Below are positions 1 to 13,707 of a stretch of DNA of 64,000 bases, in pieces. Source of the DNA: Felis catus (Eukaryota). The stretch lies in contig NC_058368.1 in assembly GCF_018350175.1 (NCBI RefSeq), positions 128,280,001 to 128,344,000 on the forward strand. The letters are read 5' to 3'. The notes under the pieces were generated by a model that searched no databases, was not told where the DNA came from, and worked only from the letters and a program-made list of their open reading frames with translations. How positions within the stretch are numbered: the first letter of the stretch is position 1; each line of letters begins with the position of its first letter. A program made the position numbers and the translations under genes.

Positions 1-453
1 TGAGAAAGTAAATCTTCACTCCTTGTTCTTTTTCTTTAGAGCTGTAAGTTTATTTCCATATAAATTTTAAAATATTTGTGTTTGTAAAAAAAAAAGTAAA
101 GATTTGGTATTTTTATTATGATAGCATTGACTTTATGGAAAACTGACATTATGATTGATATATATGCCTATGTACATACATGAGCGAGATACACATCTTC
201 CTTTCTGAGTCAAAAAAATAGAAAATTCTTCAATATCTAACTGAGATGGTTACAACCCCTTTTCATGTATGGTATATAGACCATCTACATGAACTCAAAC
301 AACCATCATTGGATGGTACTCTAGATCAGGACTTTTCCAACCACATGTTACGTAGTTAGTGGGTTACAAACACCCTTTTATTCCATCAGATAGAATTACC
401 AAAGTGCTTCTTGTGCAGTGAGATTAAGCAGTTTTTCATCAAACTTTAGCTTA

Positions 454-673
454 GGGGCGCCTGGGCGGTTCAGTCAGTTAAGGGTACAACTTCAGTTCAG
501 GTCGCGATCTCATGGTTTGTGGGTTCGAGCCCCACGTTGGGCTCTGTGCGGACAGCTCAGAGCCTGGAGCCTCCTTTGGATTCTTTGTCTCCCCCTCTCT
601 CTGCCCCTCCAGTACTCATGCTCTGTAACTCTCTCTTTCAAGAGTAAATAAACATTTTAAAAAAAGAAAAAAA
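454..673 (+). mobile_element. CAN-SINE
   Basis: GGGGCGCCTGGG head, tRNA-like A/B boxes, CT-rich linker, A tail. Confidence 0.92.
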
Positions 674-764
674 ACCTTTTACTTAAGCAATATACACACA
701 AATCCACACACAAATATCTATATAGATTATATAGAGACTATGATGTAAAAATGTGTTTCTTATT

Positions 765-977
765 GGGGCACCTGGGTGACTCTGCTGGTTAAGTGTCCAA
801 CTGTTGATTTTGGCTCAAGTCCTGATCTCTCAGTTTGTAGGATCCAGCCCCGTGTGGGTTGCGCATTGACAGTGCAGAGGCTGCTTGGTATTCTCTCTCT
901 CAGGCCTCTCTGCCCCTCTCCCACTCACACACTTGCTGTCTCTCTCATTTAATATAAATAAACTTTAAAAAAAAAAA
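765..977 (+). mobile_element. CAN-SINE (older)
   Basis: GGGGCACCTGGGTG head, A tail, TSD aaaaatgtgtttcttatt / aaaaatctgtttcttatt. Confidence 0.92.
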
Positions 978-1779
978 TCTGTTTCTTATTGTTGGTTGCA
1001 GTCCAAACATTTTTAAAAACCATGTTCTGGAAACTATTCTTAACATAATTCTAAGTGTCATTAATGTTCTAACACTTGGTTTTTACTATAGCACGCACTT
1101 TGTAGTAATATCGTTTTTGCTTTAGCTCAAATGTAAAAGTTAGATTTATGAATAAGTGTGTGATGGGGTAAAATTAAATTAGTTCATGGTGAAAACTGTA
1201 GGTCTTCAATGAGTCCATTAATTAGAGATGATGATAACAATCTCATGGAGGTCATGTCTGTGAAAGAGAATGTTCAAGAACAACTGAACTTGAGCTCAAG
1301 GAGGGTTCTAGAAGGGGCACAAAGTGTTTCAGAGGCAATGAGTGAAGATAAAGGACGGGTCAGAGGAGGCATTTCTCCAGCTCTCCTCTGGGTTCCCATC
1401 TACTGGTCTTTTGCTGAAAACAATCCCTGAGCTATACTCTTTATGCTTTTTACCTGCTTTAGTCTTCCAGACTTTTCCTCAGAGGCTAAATAATCATCCT
1501 GCCACCAGGTCTGGATCCCCACCTTTTCCCTCAAGAACTACCCTGGCAATTTGGCCTCCTAGCTCTCTGGCTAAGACCTCTGTCTCCTTTATGATATCTC
1601 CCAGGCCACCTCAGCTAGAGTTTAGGCAAAAAATATTGGGGTGATGAGATGAGAAGAAAACCATCTTTAATCTCAATTCCTGGGCTTGAACTTCTCCAAA
1701 AAGAAGAAATCTTATCAGTCAAACATCGGCATATGGTGTAGCAATTCACGAAAAACATTAAATTTACAGAATAATCATA

Positions 1780-1965
1780 ATAATAATGAGTTAATATTTC
1801 TTGAGCATCTGTTTTTGTGCCAGGCATTGTTTCAAGCAGTGTACATGAATTAACTCATTTAATTTTGCCAGTAACACTGAGGAAGGTAATGTCATCCTGA
1901 GTCTACAAATGAGGCAAATGACACTCAGGAGTTTTTAAGGAACTAGCACACAGTCTCACAGTGAA
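1780..1965 (-). mobile_element. MIR fragment
   Basis: tgtgccaggcattg...taactcatttaat...acaaatgaggcaaatgacactcag, the MIR core. Confidence 0.7.
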
Positions 1966-3433
1966 AACTTGCAGACAATATAGGGGAAAAAAAAAAAAAA
2001 AAAAACTAAGTCTCTTTTCCCACCCACCTCCAAATACCAGCAGGGAACTCATTTCTCAAACTCCTCACCCACAAGAAAGACCTGAGAACTTTTTTTTTTT
2101 TTTTTAATTTAAGAACAAAAAGGTCAGAGAGTTAAAACACAGTATCAGTCTCTTCCGAGACTGTGGTTAAAATCCGCGATCATGAAAGAGTTAAAACTCT
2201 GCACTGTTTAAGAACAATCAGTTGACCTTTAAATATGCTGGTTTGAATCCAATCACCTTTCAACAAGCATGAAATCTGGCACAAAGTGTACTGACACACA
2301 CCAATTATTTTCATAGTGTACATGACTGAGCTCACAATGTCCTGTTTAGAAAAAAGAATTAATGTTCGTTTTCCAAAAGCCAGACTTAGAGGCTGGGTGT
2401 CTCTGTTGGTAGGATTATCCTTTGGTAGCTATCTCCAAAGGTGCTATTAGAGAAGGCCTAACAGAAAAAGAACAGTTTTTTAAAGAAAATAACTTTTTCA
2501 TCTTCTCTAAGTTCTATTCTATGAAATGATTTTGCCCCACTTTTTAACATCGAAAGTAAAAACTCCTGGGAAATAATTCATTTCTATGCCTAGTTAAGAA
2601 CTTCACAGATCTGTTTAAGAGAAAAACTATCCCTCCCAGGCAAAGGGTGAAATGCCCAGTCCTACTCTGAGCAAATGGATTAACATGCAGAGATTCAAAA
2701 GCAATTGTTGAGTGCCTGCTCCTTAAAATCATTCTTTGCTTTTCAAAAGTGATTTCCCTGAGTTTCTTTTAAGTGGTGATATTTCCTCATGCCTTCGAAA
2801 CAGAAGTGAGTTTATAAAAATTCTGTCTTGGGCTCTTTAAGAACATATTGCCTGGCTGTTTTGGGGCAACGTGCAGAGGTAGGAGCCCTCTGTGGAGGAC
2901 TGTGCCTGGCAGTCAGGGAGGGAGCTTCCGGTCAATTCCAAGACTATGTTCTTTATCGCCTCCATTACTCTCTATCTCCAGATGCCCTTTGTGTCTCATG
3001 CCACCCCATTCCCATCAGACGGTTACATGTAATGCTAACCCCACACCTCAACCATATTCAAGACCAGATGTGTTTTTTCTTTGTTTAATCCTTTGCCTGA
3101 GGACCTACTCTTCTGAGGTTCCTTCCCAAATCTCGGCATCATCCTCTGTCAGCATTCCACTCCAGGGACAAACTTTTGCTGACCATGCCCATGTTTGCCA
3201 GGCCCTCCTTGCCACAATATTTGACTTCCCTCATTCACTCCCTGTCATCTGTGAGTCCAGAAAAAAAACCGTCAGGATCTCATAGCAACATGGGCAGTGG
3301 CCCCAGGCGGGTGTCCAGATCACCATCACCCACCAGGCACTTCTGCTTGGGGGTCAAGGGAGGGGCTTGGTTTAGGAGAGGGCACCCTACAGCTTGGGCA
3401 CTACTCACAGACCACGTCAGAAAACACCCAGCA

Positions 3434-3664
3434 GGGGCGCCTGGGTGGCACAGTCGGTTAAGCGTCCGACTTCAGCCAGGTCACGATCTTGCGGTCCGGG
3501 AGTTCGAGCCCCGCGTCAGGCTCTGGGCTGATGGCTCAGAGCCTGGAGCCTGTTTCCGATTCTGTGTCTCCCTCTCTCTCTGCCCCTCCCCCGTTCATGC
3601 TTTGTCTCTCTCTGTCCCAAAAATAAATAAACGTTGAAAAAAAAAATTTCTTTTTTAAAAAAAG
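3434..3664 (+). mobile_element. Young felid CAN-SINE (SINEC_Fc type)
   Basis: CpG-rich body, cagccaggtcacgatc motif, perfect TSD agaaaacacccagca at 3419-3433 / 3665-3679. Confidence 0.97.
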
Positions 3665-5759
3665 AGAAAACACCCAGCAGTCTGAGGCCCTGGCAGAGAA
3701 GGCCCCTTGCAGTCTCCTATCAGTACAAGTTGGTTACGGGGACAGTCATGGGGACTCCTCCAAAATGAAAGGACCCTTCGGAGCCCGGGATGAGTGGGAT
3801 CATTCCACAGATTTGCCAGGCAAAACAGGCAACCAAGACTTCCACAGGCCTTACTCCCTGCCCCTGTCCTATTTCTTGTTTCTTCCTAAGAACCAGAGCT
3901 CTCTTGCTCACTTCTGCTAAGTAGCCACCAATTAATTCCCATCCCATTTTCCTACCTCCAGAACTAATTATGTGTTAAAGTCTAAATATAATCATCAACC
4001 CCAACTCACAACTGATTCCCCACCCCCCTTTGCCTTGCCAGGATCTGGAGGGCAGGGAAATGAGGGCTATTACCAGCTTAACAACTAACAGAGACACTCC
4101 TGTCACCTGAGTACAGGTGTGAATCACCATCAGGCCCACATTTGACTTTTGTAGTTTTACTCCTTGCAGCAGACAGGGACTCCCCTGGTCACATCACCCT
4201 AATATCTGTGACACCAAAAAAGACTCCAAGCCCTTTATGTGTAAAGAATTGCATGGCCATGTATCTACTTAACATTTTCTATTTCATTAAGCAGGGCACA
4301 CGATTCTGTGGTGGATGAGAGCTGCTCAGGATTCCCAAGCCAGCCACCACTTCCTCTCCTTTGTCAGCACCGTGCACACCCCAACCCCCACCAGAAAAAG
4401 CAGTGTGGCCATGAGAAAAATCAAGCATGAGAGACCTGAAGACAGAAGACTGAGGATTCAGTCTCAGTGTTGTTTTTAACTGAGTAATTTTGGCCAAGTC
4501 ACTACAAATCACTTAAACCTCTGAGATCTGCCTCCCCCACCCTTTCACACTAGCAGGTAAAATGTTCAGACAGAAAAACCTCAAGAAGATACATACACTA
4601 AAATAGAGTAACCTTAGGATCTGTCAAAGGGAGGAGCTGCTGTCATGTCCCAATGTGGTGAAGAGCTCCATCTGAGTGTCAAGTTTTGAGGCTCTGATGG
4701 GCCTGTAGCCCAAAGTTCTCAGCAATCCCATTTCACCCCCTGTGGTGTAAAGACCAGAGCAGCTGAAGGAGAGACTTCGAGAGTGGGGTGAGACAAACAC
4801 CCCACCCCATGAACTTACTTTATTCCCATGGCACATCAACTTCAGCAGAAAATTCCAGCTTTGTGTTTGCCGCCTGGTCCCACTTGAATGGGAAGTTCTG
4901 CTGGGGCCCAAAATAGAAAACAGGAAGTCAGCAGAACTGATTTTCTTAAGTCTCAAATGCAAAGCAATGCACTCAGTATGGATGAGAATTACAGTGAGGC
5001 ATAAAGTGCCTTTTTAAAAGGAGATCACATGGCTACTGTGTACAAAAGACATCTACTCCAGGGAAGAAAGGAGCCATGCCTCAACTTCCTTCTTTCAGAA
5101 AGGAGAGAAGCAGAGGTGGATTGACAGTGAGGTAAAGACTGCCCAGGGTGTTTTATGAGAACCAACTGCCACTGAAAATAACAAAGTGCCTACTTTGATG
5201 CTCAGACGCTATTCTGAGCTGGTTCCTCTGAAGACACTTTTCTACAATGGAGCAGTTACTGAAGTGGCTCCCCTCCCAACTTCCTGATCACTGTTCACTG
5301 TATCACTAATTTCTTAGGGCCCCACATTCGAAACTTACAAGCTGGCACTCCAAACTCATCCCCAAACATGCTCCTTCGGGGAGTTTCTGGCAAATATAGA
5401 CAGCTCCATCTCGTTGCATCAGACACAAATAAGCCAGTTCCATTGCAGTTCGACTCTGATTTGCCACACCGGGCCATTCCCTGAGCCATCTCTGGTCTGA
5501 ATCCTTTGTACCCCAGTCTTTCCACCTGCTCTCTTTTATAAGACTGCCAGGTGAATTTTGGCAACATTCGCTTTCCTCCCATTATGCCCCATCTCCCAGG
5601 TCTGCTTCCCCAGTGCCAAGTGATAAAATTTAACTTAGTCGTGAGTGTTCTCACCCTTTCAACCTGGCTCTGGTGGTGTGTTCGACGAGAGGTGCCCGAG
5701 CTGGCATCAAGTGGATTGGGTAAGGACCTATCTTCAGTAAGCTTCACCACAGTGATTCA

Positions 5760-6125
5760 CTCTGAGAATGTGAGCAAAGTAGGAAACCTCTCTGCACCAC
5801 AGTTTCCTCATTTGTGGAATGAAGATACTAGCCCCCGTCTAGTGATGAAGGATCAAGTGGGTTAACACATACAAAGTCACCAGAACAGGTTCTGGTAAGA
5901 AGAGTAATTAATGCTTATGGAGCGCTTCCCACATGCCAGGTTCTGTTCTGACTGCTGTGCATGTTTTTATGCAGGTATTATGTTATCCTCACTTTGCAGA
6001 AGAGGAAATTGAGGCAAGAGAAAGTGAAGTCACTAAAACCACATAATGAATCAGTAGGAGAGCCAGCGCTTGAATTCAAGCAGTCTGACTCCAGACGCTG
6101 AACACGGAATTCCTCGTTTTACTGC
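5760..6125. mobile_element. Two MIR fragments, tail-to-tail
   Basis: Plus-strand core (cacagtttcctcatttgtggaatg) at ~5760-5900, then minus-strand core (cagaagaggaaattgaggcaagagaa) at ~5905-6125. Confidence 0.7.
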
Positions 6126-6129
6126 CTCT

Positions 6130-7390
6130 CCTGAGGCAACCTGTCCTTCCCTCCTGCTTCCACTGGCTAACACTGCCCACACATCCACCCTAGTCCTCCC
6201 CTCTGTCCAAGCTTTGTCCCACATTCCTGTTGCCCCAGAGGGACACCTGTTGCACTCTCTCTCCAGTCTCACCTGGTGTCTTCAAAGAAGTGACTCTATT
6301 TTCTCTACAATCAAGTAGACCACCCTCTCCTCTTTGTATCTTGCCCCCACTTATGCATCAGCTTGTAACTGCTATCCAGTTCTGTCATCTATTTCCAGAA
6401 ACTCCATCAGAAAAAATGGACCACATCCCCAAATTCCAGCATGTCGCCCCAAGAAACATGTTATTTCCACTAACACCTAGCTGCTGTTACCAAGCCACGT
6501 CTCCCGACTTCCATTCATTTATCCAGCAAACATTTACCACACATCAGCCATGTCTGTTTCAGTACATGAACATTACATGGGCCCTGTCCTCTCGGATCTC
6601 ACAGGCAAATGAGATCAATGTTTATATAGACAACTTGAACAAGTTGTGATAAGTTGGCAACACATGCTGTTAATGGGTCCTTGCTCATGCATCCTCTATG
6701 TCCAACACTCAGGCTACCACACTGCCCCTTCCTTTTCATCTCCACGGCCACCCTGTGGTTCACTGCTCCCTACCTTATTCCTCAACTACTGCAACCCCCT
6801 CCCAACTTACCTCCCTTATTCCTCAGAACCAGCCCACCCACCTCCTGCTGCCAAATAACCTATGTGGTCACGCTCATATTTAAGGAGTATACACATTGAT
6901 AAACCGAGCGCAAGGCCCTGATCCTGGACAAGCAATGCTGCCTAGAAACTTCCCTGACTTTCTATCCTGGCTTTGCTCGGTTCCCTTCTGCATACATGCA
7001 CTTTGCCTCACATACCACACCCAAGAGAGACTTCCTGCAGTTCTCCAAAAATCATTCACCTTCCTTTTTCCTTTTGTGCCCTTTGCCGACCATCTCAATC
7101 TGTGAGCTTATCTTTCTCTCTGAAATTCAGATGCTGCTACTAGATTCAGGAGAAGTCACCTCCTCCATGAAGCCTCCTCTGCTTCTCCCATAAGGTGTGA
7201 TGGTTCCTGATTTGCTAAAGTCATGCATCTGGGTCTCCTTTATGGCACTTTACTTGTACCATGCACTAGAGTCACTGACACATTTTTCCTTATGGCCTCT
7301 TCAGAACAATGCTTTGTCCTTATGATCTTTGTCCATACAGCACCCAGCAGATTGTCTCAAACATAACAGGTGCTGAATAATTAATATGCT
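6130..7390. mobile_element. LINE-2 fragments
   Basis: Pyrimidine-rich L2-like sequence with the 3' end motif (cagcacccagcagattgtctcaaacataacaggtgctgaataa) and a cattcatttatccagcaaacattt tail. Confidence 0.55.
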
Positions 7391-7500
7391 CTTTAGTGTT
7401 TTTATGTGATATTGTGAGAGAAGCATCTCATAAGGACAAAGGAAAAAACCTGTTTTTTTTCTTTTTATTGTTATCATCTAATCATTTATACAACAAATCT

Positions 7501-7711
7501 TTTTTTAAATTTTTGAATGTTTATTAATTTTGAGAGAGACAGAGCATGAGCGGGGAAGAAGCAAGGAGAGAGGAAGACCCCAAATCTGAAGCAGACTCCA
7601 GGCTCTGAGCTGTCAGCACAGAGCTCCACACGAGGCTCGAATTCACAAACCGTGACATCATGACCTGAGCCGAAGTTGCATGCTTAACTGACTGAGCCAC
7701 CCAGGTGCCCC
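7501..7711 (-). mobile_element. CAN-SINE
   Basis: Reverse-complement head at 7711, T tail, TSD caacaaatcttt. Confidence 0.95.
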
Positions 7712-9944
7712 ATCCAACAAATCTTTCACCCCTAGGCAATATGCCAGGTATAAGGAGTACAAAAAACAAACAACAAACAAACCCTGACACAAAGGCCTGC
7801 ACTCAATAAACATACATTCTCTTTCAGGGCCATTGGCACCAATTACACATAAAATAATAAGATACATACAAAATAATATGAGCTCCCAAGTTATGGCAAC
7901 TCTGCCACCAACTAGGTGGGTGACCTTAGGCAAGTCAGACTCAGTGAAGGAAGAGTTGGTAGGTGTTAAATGTAAACTGATAGGCTGTCCATTAATTGAG
8001 GATTTTAACTGTTGTATGGCATGCTTTGCTAAGAAGGGATGGTACTTCCTAGTAAGTGCCAGTATATTTGCAAAAATTATTATGCTAATTAATTCTATGG
8101 AAATAGAGTAGGCAGCAACTAAGGAAAGGTAAAAGCCAGCAGCTGTAATTGATAATGAGTGAGAAAAATAAATTATAAATGCTTCACCAGCACAACCACA
8201 GAAGTGAACCAGTGACATTCAAGGCCATGAAGTTTAAGGTGGTACCTGTGGCTGGGCTCCTGCACCAGCAGACATATGAACGCTACTGTGAGATGCCCCT
8301 CCTCCTCCAAAACCCCCAAAATGGATATTCAATTACCTTCCAAAGGTTCATGATTTCAACTATGTAAAAATTAATAACCAGAATGAAAATATATTTTGTC
8401 ACCTTAAAGAGAGTCAATGGCTGCCAGATAAGCAGAACTTATCTTCTGGTACAATTGAAAACACATCTTCTTACAAAATGACTCAACACAGAACGGTTAT
8501 CACTCACATTATCATAGGAAAGTAAGGCCACAGTGGCAAACGCAGGCAGTGGATAAAACATGCAGGTCATTTAAGAGACTCCTCTAGGCCCAATTCTGTG
8601 CTCATTAGGCCTGGTTACTGACGGATTTGCTATAAGGTCTATCAATAGAATCGGATGAACCAGCTGATGAGCATTTTGGTTTCTGGGACAGTTGTCTTTG
8701 TCACCAGAAATATGTTATTCTCCTTGACCACATGAGTCTCATTAGCTAATTAATGTGACTTCTCACCTAAGAAGCAGATGCACTCTCAGTAAACTCAAAC
8801 CAAATCAAGTTTCTGAACCTGGTCTAAACCTTAGACCTTGGAAAATGCTGCTGCAAAGACACCTTGCTAAGGCTCCAGAAACACAGCCAGATGCCCTTGT
8901 GTTAGAGGTCTACTTTCCCCTCACACATAACATGTACCCTGTCTGTAAACTCTTCTAGCTGTTACTTAAACTAGGTATGGACCAGGTTTCCTTTTCCTTA
9001 TGCATCATGGAGCTTAGTTTGGAGCAACCCTCTGGTAAGCTGGAGAGGTGCTCTCCCCAGGGCTCCCATATTCTACCACCAGTATTTCCCACATGGAATT
9101 GGAAACATGTGTGTGCAAGTCAGCCTCCCTCTGTGACATGGGCAAGGACTTCTTTTTGCTCATCTCTGTATCCCCACACTTGGTGCTTGGCACGTTCAAA
9201 GTATTCCGTCAATGGTTGAGAATCAAGCCATCACTCAGTATCATCAAGAACTTACTGAGGATTTATACGTTCAAAATTCTGAACTACAAATGGTATGGCT
9301 CCTATCCTCAAGCAAAATCAATGAAAAACTTAAACTCTGAACCATGATTTGGTCGTAGGTATGGGCCTTTATCAAAGAAAAACAACTCAGCAACCCAGAA
9401 GTAATTTCTACACAACATATTCTCTTTCTCCCTTTCTCAAACACTGTTGAAGGGACTCTTGCTTGGTGCACAGCAGCGATTCACGAAGACCCCTTCTTTT
9501 CACAGTCTTACTTCACCTCACACAAGCTCTTTCGTGCCCCTTTCTTCTTCTGATGCTCCCCACAAAACACCTGTTCTAGATCTTGTCCTCAGAGCTCACT
9601 CCTTCTATCCCTCCATCCTTCCCCTTAATTCTGCATCACAACGGCCCAAGAGAACTGGTTTCATAGTATCAACCTTGTTTGAAATGTAGAGAAGAAAAAG
9701 AAAATGAGTAAGCAAAACCAGAAGCATTCTTCATAGACAGTGAAAGAACACCTTGAAACTATCATACATTAAAAATGTTGGCCTGTTTAAATACAGATAC
9801 AACCTACAGGTGCCAAAATGAACAAGCAACGGTCCAAAGAAAAGAGTTTACATTTTTTAAGCACCCACAGTGTTAAGAGACTTGTGAAACTTAATCACAA
9901 AGTATTTATTGAGTACCTACTCTAAGAACTGCTTTGGAAAAGGA

Positions 9945-10722
9945 TGTGGTGTTGGGGTACCCAAGACTATCCCTACATTCAGACATGTACCACATGAACT
10001 CACAGAACTCGGCTTATTGTTATTACAGCTAAGGTTTTGTACAGCAATATACTAAGGATATACAGCCTATCATAGGGAGAAAAGACTTAGGGCAAGCCTG
10101 GAGGACTCCATATACAGACTTCCTTATGCTCTCTCCTTCCCATGAGAAGTCACAGATAGAATGCATCCTCCAGCAACAGAAATGCAGCAACATGTGTACA
10201 ATGATTCAGCCTAGGGAAGCTCCTTAGAGACTTAGTGCCTGGGGTTTTTACTGAGGACTGGTCATGTAGGCACTCCCTGCCTAGCACATTATAATTTTTT
10301 TTAACATTTATTTTTGAGAGAGACAGAAAGAGAGAGACTGGGGAGGGGCAGAGAGAGAGAGAGACACACAGAGTCCAAAGCAGGCTCCAGGCTCTGAGCT
10401 GTCAGCACAGAGACCGACACGGGGTTCAAACTCACGAACCATGAGATCATGACCTGAGCCGAAGCTGGACGCTTAACCGAATGAGCCACTCAGGCACCCC
10501 TAGCACATTAAAAATTCCAGACTCCCAGAGGGAAGCAGTGTTCAAGCATAAATTGTATTTTTGCACAAAACTCCAGGCACAATGAGCCATAGCTGTGAAC
10601 CAGCACAGTGAACCAGCACTCAGAAAAGCAGGTCCCTAGATACCAGCCAAGAGCCAACCTTGCCATCAGTCCTTTTTAAGGGTAGCAGTCTGAGGTCTCC
10701 TATGTTCACTCTTTTCTGCGGA
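9945..10722 (-). mobile_element. MER21-like solo LTR, interrupted by a SINE
   Basis: Reverse complement starts gcagaaaagagtgaacataggagacctcagactgctacccttaaaaagg...aaggttggctcttggctgg, like the MER21 consensus start. Confidence 0.75.
10295..10500 (-). mobile_element. CAN-SINE
   Basis: Full body with TSD tagcacatta. Confidence 0.95.
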
Positions 10723-11634
10723 GATACAAACACCAAGTTCGTGCCCTTGAGGCAAATAACATTTAGAGAACTAAGATGTATACCTTAAACAGGCAGAGCC
10801 CCACAGTAGATGTAGCATGCTAACACAAAAGCAACATTTCCCAAAATGTACTCGAGACCACCTTTATCACAATCACCAGGGTGTTGGTCAGCCTACTGGC
10901 TAGAGCTCAAAGCATCCAAAGCAGTTGAAGGATGGAACATGAGTCAGATCCAGGAGTTCTGGTGAGATTATAGAAAACCCTGGATACCACCATGAGAAAT
11001 TTGAATTTGATTTCACAGCCATGGGACACCAGTGATTTTTATTTATTTTTTCTTCACCAACTAATTATAACATCAAAGTAACACTGTTTGAAGACGCATT
11101 ATGTAGAAGAGAGTAAAAGGGGAGGAGACCGTAGGCCAAGAAATCAGAACTTCAAAGGAAAGAAAATGATCATAACTGATACCAGGGGCCATGTGCTAGG
11201 AGTTAAGACACTGGCCAGGTGCATCCATTCTCGTGTTGGCCTTCTATGGTAGGTACTACTATCCCCATTTCACACATAAGCTTTCCTGATGGCACACAGT
11301 GGATTTGAACCTGGATAGTGTGATTGCAGCACTCAGGTGCTTACTCAGTATCCAACAGAAGACATGCACCAACACAACGTCAGGATAACAGCAAAGTGGT
11401 CAGCCAGTGCCCATAGCGAGGAAGTGATCATGCAAACTTCTATTATCTCATCCTTTCCTCCCTTTGGATGCCTTCTTCTTTGATGATAGAGAGAAAGACA
11501 TCTTCCAAAATTGGTAGAAGACAGAAAGAGAAAGGTAAAACCAGAGTGGTCACATTTTTCTGAATGGGAGGTGAAAAATCAGTAGGAGTCACAGCTGCTT
11601 CTTGACCCAGGTAGATAGTAAGAAATCAAGTGTC

Positions 11635-11828
11635 GGGGCTCCTAGGTGGCTCAGTCTGTTCAGCCTCCAACTTCAGCTCAAGTCATGGTCTCTCGGTTCA
11701 TAGGTTCAAGCCCCACATTAGGCTCACTGCTAACAGCACAGAGGCTGCTTCAGATCCTCTGTACCCCCATCTCTCTCTGCCCCTCCCCCGCTTGCACTCT
11801 CTTTCTCAAAAATAAATAAAACAAAAAA
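11635..11828 (+). mobile_element. CAN-SINE
   Basis: Head, CT linker, A tail, degenerate TSD aagaaatcaagtgtc / aagaaaccaaatgcc. Confidence 0.92.
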
Positions 11829-12789
11829 GAAACCAAATGCCATGTCGCATCTTGATTTAAAGCAAGGAGTGGAGACTGTGACATTTTTTATCTTTAATAT
11901 CTCAGAGATTTACACTATACAAATGCTCCTTCCTGTTTATTTCCTTCTGACATAATTCAACCCAAACATCACTTAATAACTGGACAATGCTCAAGACTTT
12001 GATTTTTAACACATCTAAAATTAACACTCCAGAATCATCACCAGCCTCATCGAGATTCATTTGTTGATCACTTGACTGCATAAAACGTTTTGCAGCTGCT
12101 AAAGCAAGACACCGACCCCAACGACTTCAGAGGACACAACACGGTAGTTTGCTTCATTGATAAATCTCTCTCTTGGTTCTTCATGAAACCCAGAATTAAG
12201 CAACAAGACATGACAAGCCACTGTTTATGGGGAATTAATCTGCTGCCTCAATTGACATTAAGCAGGAGGCCAAAGGCCATTAAAACAAGTTGAAATTAAA
12301 GCACCAAAATAAGTCAGTCTTAAGAACCAAACTTGTCATGTTGGAAATGACTCTAAAATCTCTATTAGCTATTAACACAACTTCTAAGCAAGCTGTCCAC
12401 AACTTCCGCATTCTGATTCCCTATTAGCCCATTTCAACACTCAGAAGTACGGCTAAGAAATGACAAAGAGAAACAACTTGAACAAAACCCCCAACAGCTT
12501 TGACATCACCCCACAGGCCTGTGACATATATTGTGCTATTGGGGAAAATTCTCTTCCCCTAAGGAGTCGTGGCTGCAAGAAGCTACACGCTTCTTTACTG
12601 TTAAAACATGGCAACAGGGTACAAAAGAAGATACAACCTGCCCTCCAGGAGTCTCACAAGGAAGATAGGGCAGATACAGCTTAGAAAACAATTCAAACAG
12701 GCACAGGTAAATATGCATCAACAGCAGTAAAAGCATGGGCCATGGAAATCCAACGGCCTCAAGATGAAGCCTGGCTCCAGAAGTCACCG

Positions 12790-12950
12790 TCTTAATCAAG
12801 TTTAATAACCTCCCTGTGCCTCAGTCTCCCCTTCTGAAAAACTAGCTGAATAATAATAATACCCACCTCACGGATTCTTGTGAATCATGAATAAGAAAAC
12901 ATAGAATGCTCAGCACTTAAAAGGATATCAACAAATGTTAGCTGCTCTTA
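12790..12950 (+). mobile_element. MIR fragment
   Basis: aacctccctgtgcctcagtctccccttctgaaaa...ataataatacccacctcacggatt core. Confidence 0.75.
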
Positions 12951-13305
12951 TCACAGAATAGTTGTTTTTGTTTTTACTATTACTACTCCTCCTCCCACCA
13001 TGGCTACTCCCATCCATGTTTTGCCCCATACCTTAAAGATAAGGAGGGTTCCAGGCTGCAGGAAGTGGTCCAGTTCTGAAGCAATCACTCATCTCAGGCA
13101 GGGAAGCTAGGAAGCTCATGGTTTGTGAGAAATGTCAAAGAAGGCTATTTCAGATGGAGGAGATGGCTGTAAAGAGGAGTAAGCATAGCCTGCATAAAAA
13201 GGATAAGTCTGCTTTAAATGGCTTCTTGAGCTGAGGAAAGGCACATGTTCACAGGTCATATGATTTTCCAAGCTGGAAAGTAACTTAGAAATCCTTAAGT
13301 CACTC

Positions 13306-13318
13306 AAAAAAAAAAAAA

Positions 13319-13349
<31 letters not shown>

Positions 13350-13375
13350 GAAAGAAAAAAAGAAAAGGAAAAAAA
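13306..13375 (+). repeat. A-run / (GAA)n / (GAAA)n purine tract
   Basis: Seen directly. Confidence 0.9.
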
Positions 13376-13664
13376 GCAGCTCTTGGAAAGCCACAAAGAT
13401 CTTATGCCCTCCTCTAGTGCTATTCGAAATTTTGGAATAAATTCAGTACAAAGAGGGGGGAAAAAAACGATGGATCCAAGGGTACCTTTGAGGGGAAAAA
13501 AATTGTTTCTATTTTGAAAGAACCATATTCCTTGGCTGGATCATGTGGCAACAATGTTAACACTGAATGGGCTCGTACACCACTAGCTTTCCTTCCTCAT
13601 TTATGGGGGAAAAAACCCCCATAACTCTCATTGGCAAGCTCTTTTGCTGCTTTTTATTCAAATG

Positions 13665-13707
13665 CACCTCCACACTGCCTCTGACACCTCCACACTGCCT
13701 CTGACAC
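13665..13707 (+). repeat. Perfect 20-bp tandem duplication cacctccacactgcctctga x2
   Basis: Seen directly. Confidence 0.9.

Larger units (their letters stand above)
327..1025. mobile_element. hAT-Charlie-type MITE remnant hosting the two SINEs
   Basis: Ends caggacttttccaac... and ...tttttaaaaaccatg resemble hAT termini; family uncertain. Confidence 0.35.

Noticed and set aside
2828..3637. Overlapping 86-153 aa ORFs
   Set aside because: No recognisable protein; the longest runs through a CAN-SINE (GHDLAVREFEPRVRL is SINE-derived).
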